Program-made: the position numbers and the translations under genes | Shown: in pieces, positions 49,482 through 60,077 of the stretch | Position numbering within the stretch: position 1 is the stretch's first letter | How the letters are laid out: every line of letters begins with the position of its first letter | DNA from: Marsupella aquatica | Taxonomy: Eukaryota > Plantae > Marchantiophyta | Direction of reading: 5' to 3' | NCBI GenBank assembly: GCA_973895155.1 | Contig: OZ316898.1 | Coordinates: forward strand, 7,737,079-7,801,078 | Length of the DNA: 64,000 nucleotides | The notes under the pieces: model-generated | Database searches by the model: none | Seen by the model: only the letters and a program-made list of their open reading frames with translations | Told to the model about the DNA's origin: nothing

Positions 49482-49705
49482 CTAGGGGAGTGCCCAAGCT
49501 GTCCTTTTTTTCAACCCCTTGTGCATAAAGTCTACAGCCTCAGCCTTGGTTTTGAAAAACTTAAAGTTGCAATCACTAAATCCATACATGCACTTGTTTC
49601 TCACATTCAGTCCATGTCTCGTAAATGCATGGCTGATAACCGTGTACGACTGCATAGAATTTAGGCTTAATTCTGCCCCGGTTTCCATGTGGATGTTGGG
49701 CCCTC
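49482..49705 (-). pseudogene. MULE cargo ORF with RNase H1 N-terminal / viroplasmin domain (frameshifted)
   Basis: Reads KPKFYAVVHGYQPCIYETWTECEKQVH|GFSDCNFKFFKTKAEAVDFM after removing a 4-nt insertion near 49585. Antisense to the transposase, near the right TIR. Confidence 0.75.
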
Positions 49706-52700
49706 AAACAGGTTCACTTCTGCTGCCGGTCTGCTACTCTGCTCTTTCAACACGGAAAATGAGCCTTGGACATTGGAGCTTGTCCCTGGTTCACTGCTGA
49801 TTAACTCCACCAAGTCGAATCCAATGCTGCAAAGACCCGTGCAAGTGGCCTTGAACACAGTCGAGCACATCTGAGACTTTACAAAAGAAGGTGCCCAACA
49901 ACCCTAGGATTGCAAAAAAGCATATCAATGAGAACTCAATAATACTCCTATGCTTCATTGCCTACGTTCCTGCCTTGCTCCACTGAAAGATGTTCAAGAG
50001 GGAGCTGTGAAATCAAACTCTTCAGCAGAACCCAAGTGCTATGTTCGCCCTTGCAGCTATGGTTGCTCTGTTTCTAAATGTTGAATCAGCACACTATTTG
50101 AAAACAACGTACAAGAAGAAGCTACAACACTCCGACTTGCCCTTCTTCACAATGCCAGCAGCAGCAAATGCCTTTGCTACTTCACCCTTGTGCTAAAGCA
50201 TTCGAGGCACATACTAAGGTTTGCTCCTGCAAATTGCCCTTCCACAGTTGTGCCAAAAAATGGGAAGGTCTTGGACAGTTAGGACTCCGTTTGCCCTCCC
50301 AGTTGGCGTGAGTATGTTCGCCCTCACCTTGGCAATCCTCACAGATTCGCTCCTCTGCCCTTGATCAAATAGGGTTGCACTGCAAGCTCGATTGAGGTGG
50401 CCCGAGGAGGCAGCTTGCAGGCCCAAAAGTGTACACATAGGCAAAGTGCAAACATTGCTTGGGCATTCCTTTGGTACAAGGCAAAGGGGGAGAGTCGGGC
50501 TGGGAGGGTTGAGGCGCTACTGCGCAAAGGGAGTCGCGAGGGGAGGAGGAGGTAGGATCAGGCGGCCCTCTAGTCGGGCCTGCGTTGCGCAGGAATAAAA
50601 TTAGTTTGGGGGACGGGTTGACAATAACGACCAATAACGACCAGTTTGGGGGACAGGTTAGTAACAAACAGTAAAAATGATTAAAAAGTTAATTATAAAG
50701 TTTACATTGTTTATGGTTTATGGATCAACAAGTGTCACCTAAATAGAGAGCTTCTCGAGATAAAAGAGAATTAAAAAGGAACAAAGTTAGCATATTTCTT
50801 TGTGAATCACATAGTACTGTACTTGTATATTGACTAGTACATTCACATTAATGCACTTGTCTTAACCATAAATCTCACATTTAAAAAGGTCTATCAATAC
50901 GAGTGTTTCATACTAGTCAAATTAAAATGTCTCACATGAACATTCAATTCTTTTGGATAAGTCAAACAAGGCATGTATTAGGATGAACATGCTATTAATA
51001 TCACTTAAAGATTATACTGTCACTACTAGGGACGATTATTTTTGTCAACTCAGCTCAGCAGATAGAATAACTGTCCAATTAGTTCACTTCAGAACAACAT
51101 ATAGAAGTAAGTCCCAGGCTGAGTCTGTATACAATATTAATGCTTTAGTCTGTTGTAGTTTCTAATGGAATTAGTTTGATTGCATAGCAATATATGACCT
51201 CCTGCAGCGGTCTCTGAAATCTGGACAAGCGTTTGTTTCAGTGACAATATTTGCACGATTCCAATATTCCACCTGTGTGAAAAGGCTTTGCCACTTTTAG
51301 CTAAGATCGGCTAGGTTTTCTGTCTTCCATCAATATTAGCCAGTTTTCCATTCAATCACAGACCCCAATAGCCAGAATCTACTAACCATTGTCCTTAAAT
51401 CCAGGGAAATCTGAATAAAAGAAACTAATGCGTCTCTAAGTCATTCAAACCAGCACTGGAACCCTAGACATGAGCTTCCCTACAGGTGCTGTCCATACCA
51501 ACCACCATTGTTTCAGGGCAAACATTTACTAGCTTAAAGTTAGCCCATTTTAATCTTCCATCAGCCAGTTTTCCACGTAGCCACAGCCCCCACAGCCCCC
51601 ACAGCCAGAATCTTATGGTTATATTTAAATGTGGAGTTCTAAAATTAAGGTCAGAATAAGTCTAACAAAACTAGATAAAGGATACTTTCAGCATCTTCTC
51701 CTCCACACAAGGTGACAATTTGCCACCTGACCAACGACAAAAACCTTAAAATTGCGCTGATACCAACCAGGTGACATCAGGGAGGCTTCCAGTTAGATAT
51801 TAATCTTAGAAAATGAGATAAAGGAGACTCCTGGCGTCTTCTTCTAACAGAATGTACATGGCTGCACCACACTGGCGGAAAAAGAAGAGAAAATAACTCA
51901 AAAATTAGGCTGACATCAGAATTTGAAGCCCCCATAGACCACAAGGTTGGTTTTTGAAACCCCCATGGACCACATTTTCTAAAATTTGAGTTCAATTGCA
52001 ATAACTTGTTATTCATAGATTCAAATAATTTGTAGTTTTGGGGTTATACTAAAGGACTATGTAAGCTAGGTTTACATGAGAGTGACATTGAATTTCTGGC
52101 CTATTTGTTGAGTTTTTCATCACAAAACTCACAGGGTTTGTGTTCTGCCAGGTCTTCTATTCTCTAGTTGCCTTGCAGGTGCAAAACTAAATATTATTTA
52201 AGGACTCATATGGAATGTAGACTCCCATGGACCACCAAATGTGGTACACTAGAGCATGGTGCCAAACATAGTGGTCCATCCTGGCTTCAATTTACTTATA
52301 TCAGCTAGCTGACAATATTGACAAAATTCTCTAAGTTTCCTGGGCTGCAAGTTGATTACGTGTTGTCTCTGTCACCGGTCTTCTTTATTGCTTGGAAATG
52401 AAGGTTTTCATTAAATGCAAAAGATGGCACCAATCTTGTACCTCAAGTTCCCTAGTGAATTTTGTTGTGGCCACATAGTTTTGGCGCAATAGCCTATTTG
52501 GGCGGTAATGGGTTCATTTTCAGGAGATGGCACCGGCAAGTCATTTGAGTGTCATCAAAGGTATGTAGTCTCGGGGTCTAGAGCTTTCTCATCTACCAAA
52601 ACCAAATAGAAAACAAGCAAAAGGTGTCTGAACTCTGGCAGTAACATCCCATCTTGGAAACGTGGGCTCTAATTTTTAAAAGAAAGATTCCTCAATCATG

Positions 52701-55045
52701 GCTTATTATCAACTTCAAAAGCAGTAAAGAAAGCTCATAAAGAAAGAAAGAAAAGGAACAAAATGAGAGTTAAGAGCTTGATTCCATGCGCTTGTCTCCA
52801 CCTTTCCTATCTAACCTTTGTGTTCGTGTGAGATTTGTTTTCTGTTGTTGGGGGGTGGGTGTGAAGGGAGGCGTAATCTCTTGAAGAGGGGTTTCTCACC
52901 AGCTCCTAAGCCAAAACTTAGGGTCATTAATGTGAAGCAATAGTCCCCAACATATGAGTCCTTGAAGTTGCAACTTACTGGTATTTGAACATATAGTTGT
53001 GGTATATGCTCAATGGACCACATGAGCTATCCAGACTTGTTGATAGACCTTAAATCAATGCACCCAAAACCTCATGAGTTTTGGTTGGGGAAATTTAGAG
53101 GTCCATCAGACAAGTTAATCCCTTCAATCCTTCGTTCACACACCTGCAGGGCCTCAAGGTGGGCTCGCAATTAATAGGGCACCATTAGCATTCTCCCACA
53201 AAAAATACGATCAATATTGCAACGGCTGCATACGTGCTAGATAGCCTTTAAATCTGAGCCAGAATCCGTCGGGTGTTCTTACGGGTCAAAAAGTATATGA
53301 ATACTTATTAATATCCCTTTAGAGTAAGGGGTCAAAAAAGGGTAAATGTCACATTGTTATCACACAATTAATCTAGAACTACTGCTGTACAAAAATTGTA
53401 AGAGTTTGGGGATGCCTATGAATAGCAAGACCATTCTCCCTTTCCTCATATGCTTAATATGTGGAGCCATCTGTTTATTTCTGTTTTTGGTCGGGGAAGG
53501 AGGGTAATGAAATTGGAAACCCACGGGGGGCTGCATGACTCGAGTTGGGGTGGGGGACCCATCAATCTTGTATCAAAACATAAAATGGCCTAAGTGGTTC
53601 TTAGGTCTTTGAGCTCCTGGCTATGGAGTTCAGACTGTAGCACAGTTTTCACGCCACTTCGACTACCCTCCCGCACTCAGTTTTTCTCGGAATCCAGTTT
53701 TCTCAGTTGCATTAGCTTGCTCTTGCCGAGGCGCATCAAATCGATATAAAACACGTCCAAAACGGTGCCGTATCGACCTACTTATGGTCACATTCATTTT
53801 CGCCGTTTTTCAGTCATTTTTCTGCGATTTTCGTCTTCCTTTCGACGGTCATATCTTGGTCGATCTTTCACGGATTTCAGATTTCTCAAGTGCTTTGTAT
53901 AGCTCTTCTCCGGGAGAATCAGATTGATCCCAAGAGCGGTCCAATTGGTCTCCTATTGCCCTAATTGGACTTTGATTAGCTCTCACGTTTTTTCTTCAAT
54001 TTCCACCGTTCTCACTTTCAATTAGCTTTGGGGTCCTGTAACAGTTCCTCGTTCACGGAATCCGGCATTCTCATGTGATTTGGTAGCTTTTGTCCGGGAG
54101 TGCAACATCTATCCCTACCGCGGTCCTTTTGGTGACATATCAACCACTTTCGGCTCCGATTATGATTCTGATTTAGTCCTCCTTTTTTGGTGACGGTTTC
54201 CCTTGATCAGCTTTGGAGCATTCCTGTATTGCCATGTTTCTCCTCCGATTGGTGGTTGCCTTTCTTCTTCAGTTCTGACAAGGTGGCTTTTGCCAAGTTT
54301 AGTGGACCAGTTTGCATTCCACCATCTTCGGGAGCTGTAGCAGCACGCTCAAATCAGCGGAGAGATATTCACTCGCACCGACTCCTCAACGGACACATCG
54401 ACGAGTGCTCCAGCTTTGTTCCCGGCTGTGCCTACACGTGCGCAACGGTTTTCTAGGCTAGCAGTGGCGCCGTTTCTTGGATTTTGATGCGGTGGGCTCT
54501 CTCCATAGCCTTCCCTTTCTTTTCACATGTCTTGGTTGGGCCTTTTGTCGCTTCTTGATGCGCTTTTGCTTTTATCGGGTTGCGACCTGTCATGTCTACG
54601 TTGAGAGTGTTGGCGTGGGGCAAGCGCCCAGCCCCCCCACACAGCTCTCCCCCCTCCTCCCCCCGCCTCGTGGTCGCCTTCGTGTTTGCTCTTCTTCATT
54701 GGATCTCTCTCATCTTCGTGATGACCCCATGCCCGATGCTCTGCCCGTCCCCCCAGTCTACTGCCCACCCCATCGACGCCCTGGCTCCTCTCCCCACCCC
54801 ATACCCCCTCCACCCCTCCAGCATCCCCCTCCGGCCTCTTCATCCATGTCGGTTCCCCCCCACCTCCTGTCCAGTCGTTCCCTGCTCCCTCCCAAGATGA
54901 GCGTCCCCTGCATACTTGTCCTGAGTGTGGCTGGGTTGGCCTCTCCCTTCCTCATCACCGCGGGCGGGGCCGGTGCCAACGTCGCCAGCAAGCACAATCC
55001 CAGCCCCAGCCCCCTCTTGACCCAGTTAGCTCTGCCCCTCCTTCC

Positions 55046-57984
55046 TTGGAGGCTTCCGAGCAAGCATGGAGTTGGGTTTGCTCTCTAGACCCCCTTCCAG
55101 CCTACCATCCAGGGTACATTAGACCTCGCCTTTATAACCACATCCCACTAGCGTTGCGCCCATTAGTTCGGTCATCCTTGTTGCAACTCATGCAACTTAT
55201 CTTGGCGCATCCTATCGAGGTCTCCTATTGGTCTTTACTCATGCTTTTTCCACAGTGGACTCTTACCCTCCCTAGTCACGGTGGTCGCGTGGGTCATCGT
55301 GAGACTGCCTCTCGTATCCATCGTTTTCTGCGGGGAGATTGGGAACAGCTTCAGGAAGAGTACTTTCTTCGAGCCCGTTCCTTTACTACCCGTGCTTTGT
55401 CTGACCCAGCTCGCCACTCTCATCCTCCAGAGCATAGACGCCTTCGTCGCTCTTGTCGTTTAGCCCAGGCTGGTGAATATCGTCATGCGGTCCAGGCCCT
55501 TTCTCCCACCACACCAGCCCCCCCTGGCGAGGTCACCTTGACGGCCCTTCAGGATCTCCATCCCCAGCTCTATGATCAGCTCCCTTTGTTCGTAGAGGAT
55601 TTTGAGCCTGAGGAGAATCTTCAGTTTAGTAGGGACCACTTCACCTATACTTTCCTTCATGCTCCGCGTTGCGCGGCTGGTGGCCCCTCTGGCTATGTCT
55701 TTGAACATTTTCGTGATTTATTCCTCCCTGAGGATCCTCAGTCTGGTTTTCCAGTTTTCTTCTCCTTTTGCCAGTGTATTGCTGCCGGCTATTTGCCTCC
55801 TCCCGTCTCTTGGCTTTTGAGTGCTTCTCGTTTATTGGCCATGGCTAAGTCTTCACCGGGTGTTCGGCCCATAGCTATTGGAGAGGTTTTTCTTCGTCTG
55901 GTGTCTCGCACACTTTCATCGCAGTATCGCTCTGCACTATCGGATCATTTCTCTCCACATCAGTTTGCAGTGGGCGTTCCTGGCGGTTGTGAGACAGTTC
56001 TTGCGGGTATTCGTACTACCTTGGACCTCCACCCTGATTGGGTTGTCCTCCAGGTTGATGTCTCCAATGCTTTCAATACGGTTTCTCGGGCAGCAATTTT
56101 TTGTGCTTTGAGGGCAGCGGATCCAGACATCCAGTCCCTTATCCCCTTTGTCCGTTGTTTTTATGGGTTTGAGGCCCCCCTCTTCTATAGTCATCACACC
56201 TCTACAAGAGTGTATACCACTCTTTCTTCTGCAGAAGGTACACGTCAGGGTGACCCTTTGGGTGGGCCTCTTTTTGCCATTGCCCATTTTACTGCTTTAC
56301 GGGAAGCCTCCGCGGCCCACCCCCAGTGTATCTTCCCCTCCCTTTCAGATGACACCCACATCATTGGTCCACCTGTTGCTGTTACTTCTGCCCTCGCCAC
56401 CCTTTCCACCCATTTGTTGGGCCTCGGTTTACAGGTTCAGCCGGTGAAGAGTCGTGCATGGAGTCCAGCTAGGTTATCCTCTGATCTTGCGCTTCCCCCT
56501 GGGTTCTTACGTCCAGCCGACGGTCTTCAGGTCCTTGGCTCCCCAGTCGGTACCGCCTCCTTTTGCTCATCTTTCATTGCTGACGCTCTCCAGGCTGCCT
56601 TAGCCCCTACTCCTATGCTCCCTAAGTTAGCAGACTCTCAGGCAGCATTTGGGTTGTTGTTGAGATGCATCCACCCTCATGCGTCCTATTTGGCTCGGAC
56701 ACATCCCCCTACCGAGGATCTTTATCTACACCTCCGAGCGTTTGATGTCTCCATTTGTGAGACTTTGGCCTCTCTTTTAGGGCCAGGTACTTTGCTCTAA
56801 TCTCCGTGGCTTCATCGACAGCTCAGTCTTCCTATTTCTCATGGTGGTTTTGGGCTTACTTCCACTGAGCGCCTTGCACCTTTGGCTTTCTTGGGTGCGT
56901 GGGCGGCCGCCTTCTCATTGTTGGCAGATCGTTTCCTTACTGAGGATCGACCTTTTTTACTTTCGTCTCTCATGGAGGTCGAGGAGGTTCCCTCCCATTT
57001 CAGGTTCATTTGCGCACGGCGCGGTCATCATTACCCGATCCTGTTCGAGCTGTGTTACCTTCATTCCAGGAGTTTTTATCCTTGGACCCCGTTCGTCTTC
57101 AGGCAGACCTTGCTGGGCGTATGCACGCTTTCACCCTCTCCAACATCCTCACCGAGGCACCTGACACGGACCGAGCTCGGATTCTTTCTTCCGGAGGGAA
57201 GGGCGCAGGAGGCTGGCTTCATGCCAATCCAGTCATTCCTCACCTGCGGATGTCTTTAGCGGAGTTTGTGACAGCCATGCGTCTTCGTATGGGCTTGCCC
57301 CACCCACTTCTTGCTGGTTTACCTCCTACTTGCACTTGTGGGAAGCCTTGTGATGCCACAGGTGTCCATCTTCTTCGATGCAGTTTGGGCGGCGAAACCA
57401 TTTTTGTTCACGACGCTGTGAGAGATGCGACTGCTCAGGTTCTCTCTGGCTCTTTGGTCTGCGCGCGGCGGGAGGTGGTGCTCGAGTTACCTGGTCCTCC
57501 ATCACAACGGTTACGGGTGGATCTTACCATGGTCCGTGAAGGTCACCGTACTTTGGCAGATGTAGTGGTGGCAAACCCATTGCGCCATGACATCATTGGG
57601 ACAGTGGTAACAACTGCAGGGGCAGCAGCATCACAAGCAGCAACAACGAAGGAGGCCAAATATGTTGCACGAGCTTCATCTGATAGCTTCCTGCCCCTTG
57701 CTCTTGAGATATTTGGGCGTTTCCATCATCAGTTCGACGGGCTTCTTCGCCAAGCTGCTCGGGATGTTCACAGCCGGATGGGTCCCACCGGGCCCCCGCT
57801 ATCTGTTTTGACCACACACTTTCGCCAACGCATTTTAGTCACCTTACAGCGTGCTCAAGCTCGGGCCATCTATCGTCGATCTCTGACAATGGGTGCTAGT
57901 GTGACTCCGCAGCGGCTAGCCCCCCTAGAGGACATTCCTGTCCCACTTGCCGATCTAGTTTCGACACTTGATGTAGACCACTAG
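55046..57984 (+). pseudogene. RT-RLE polyprotein with one premature stop (56798) and one frameshift (~57000); N-terminal part (~54200-55045) more degraded
   Basis: RPIAIGEVFLRL, QFAVGVPGGCE, VDVSNAFN, GTRQGDPLG, SLSDD, LPISHGGFGL. CTCGKPCDATGVHLLRC knuckle, HDAVRD, RVDL...LADVVV...KEAKY, PLALEIFG. Confidence 0.92.
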
Positions 57985-58036
57985 CTTGTTGCCACATTTG
58001 CTAGGGATGATTAGGACCTCGGTCCATTTGCGATAG

Positions 58037-58136
58037 TTTTAGTTCCTCTTTCTTGGTTTTTAGGGGTTTCCTTTTGCTCACTTCTTCTTTTAGTTCCTCT
58101 TTCTTGGTTTTTAGGGTTTCCTTTTGCTCACTTCTT
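58037..58136 (+). repeat. ~50-bp tandem duplication in the 3' UTR of the non-LTR element
   Basis: TTTTAGTTCCTCTTTCTTGG...TGCTCACTTCTT occurs twice. Confidence 0.9.
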
Positions 58137-58398
58137 TTGCGTTTGGTTTTGTCCACTTGGGACCTCTCTTGTTTATTCTTTTGTACTCTATTTGGCCTTT
58201 TTCTGTAAAAAGTATGTGTATATTCCTTCTAACAGGCCAAAACTGAAAGACAGCAACAAGCTACCCAAGTGGGGCAACCCAGCCCTACAAAAGGGGGAGG
58301 GGTGAGTCATCCTTCATCCTCTTTTTGTTTCTCTAGATTCCCCTCACTATTACTCTCCACTACATCGTTATGGATGTCCATGCCTCAATTGCCAGTAC

Positions 58399-58400
<2 letters not shown>

Positions 58401-58438
<38 letters not shown>
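58401..58438. repeat. (TA)19 microsatellite
   Basis: Perfect TA run. Confidence 0.97.
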
Positions 58439-58440
<2 letters not shown>

Positions 58441-60077
58441 TCTTACCATACTACAAAGTAGCCCTAATCCTAATGCTCATTCATAACATAGGCTTGCCTC
58501 CATACATGACATGCATTTGTATACTTAGTTAAGACACTAGATGTGTGCTATTGCCCCTCACAACATATGCATGCTTCACTTGTAGACTTAGTTAAGACCT
58601 TGGATGTGGACCATTAGGTGATCACACTATTAGTACATCTCAAAGCTTGAAAATTATGGATGATGGCATTTGGTCATAAAGAATAGGTCATAATTTTTTC
58701 ACACAAGACTGTGTAAAAGTTTTTTTTGTTTTTTCTTTCACCAGACTCTACAGTGACTAAAGGTTATAGCATACTACCAATTCTTCTGACAATTCATACT
58801 CCATATCTTTTTGTGTCCATAACCCATAATTAGGGAATTAAGGTACATCAAATTGTTAGCTTTGAGATGCACAGGGGGTTTAGGAGTTTGCATTTGCCCT
58901 CCTCCTTTGGTTTTAGTGTACTTTGTTTGGCAGTTTTCTGGGAGCTTGATACTTTTTCTCTTTGATCATTGTAGAGTATGGACATCTCCATGTGTGCCCA
59001 TGCCTTAATAGCCATTAGAATCTTACAATACTACAAATGCTTATGATGGCCCTTAGCCCCTATCCAACCTTTATTACTCCGTCTTTGTGCATGCTCCATT
59101 GTCAACCCAACTTTTCTCTCAAGTTTTATCGCTTTGATCACTGTAGCGTATGGAGGAGTGAATATGTACAGGTGAATTTCAGGCCCGCATGCATACTAGA
59201 TTCCCTCGTACCCTCAATCCGTAACATATGATTACAGGTGACATGATAAATCTTTTAATTGATTAAAAAAATTCGTTGGAATGGCCTTTGGAGTCCTAAA
59301 ATTATTTGTTAGAATTTTATGTCAACGTTGCTGCCAAGTCAACCCCCTTGAAATTGGAGCCGGGATGGATCTCCAAACTTGTCTAATTGACTTTTGCAAC
59401 CAGGAAAGGCTAAAGCCAAAGTCTCTTGTCTGCTGACATAGTACATAGTAGACTCACTAGTGAAATGTGGTTTTTCTTGCCACATTTCACTAGGTCAAAT
59501 TTGAGAGATCTGAATTCATAAAATAAAATAAAAATCCACTAGTCTCATTACAAATATGTTTCCAAATAGTTTCTAACAACCCAGCACAATCAGGTTCCAT
59601 TGAATACGGAGTGAGATACCAAATATCAAAGTTAGCCGCTCAAAACCTTACCAAAGAGCAAATTATGCACAACTAGTGATGGAGTAATCTTTGAGGTAAT
59701 ATACTCCTTTGAATGAATCAAAACCTAAAAAACTGAGAGTATTTCTGGTCCTCTGCCCTTCTTCCTACAATAGGAAATGGCTTGATGATTGATTTACAGG
59801 GCCGTAATGTTTTGCACATAGGGCGGGGGTGGGGGACTGTCCAACAGAGGAAAGGAAAATAACCAGAAAAAGGGCAGATTGTAAGATATATGGGAGCAAG
59901 CAGTAATTTCCCAGCAAGGACGCTTATTGCTATGGAGGTCACTCCTGTGGGCAGTTCTTTATGGCATTGATTTTGGCTAAGTTTGGAGTTGTAGTGAATT
60001 TGTAGCACTCCACATGGCCATAACAGGAGTTAAAACTTGGGTTTTCTATAAAAAAAATGACACAAGTTCTGGCTAGG

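Larger units (their letters stand above)
30150..50682 (+). mobile_element. Mutator-like element (MULE) with ~400-bp TIRs, inflated to ~20 kb by nested insertions
   Basis: 30150-30611 plus 46406-46510 is the inverted copy of ~50265-50682 (left arm has ~160 bp extra). Encloses a MuDR transposase. Right terminus degraded and TSD not resolved. Confidence 0.85.
53640..58210 (+). mobile_element. CRE-clade-like non-LTR retrotransposon (RT plus restriction-like endonuclease); ends approximate
   Basis: Single long coding region, pyrimidine-rich 5' region, T-rich 3' UTR. No TSD identified. Confidence 0.8.
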
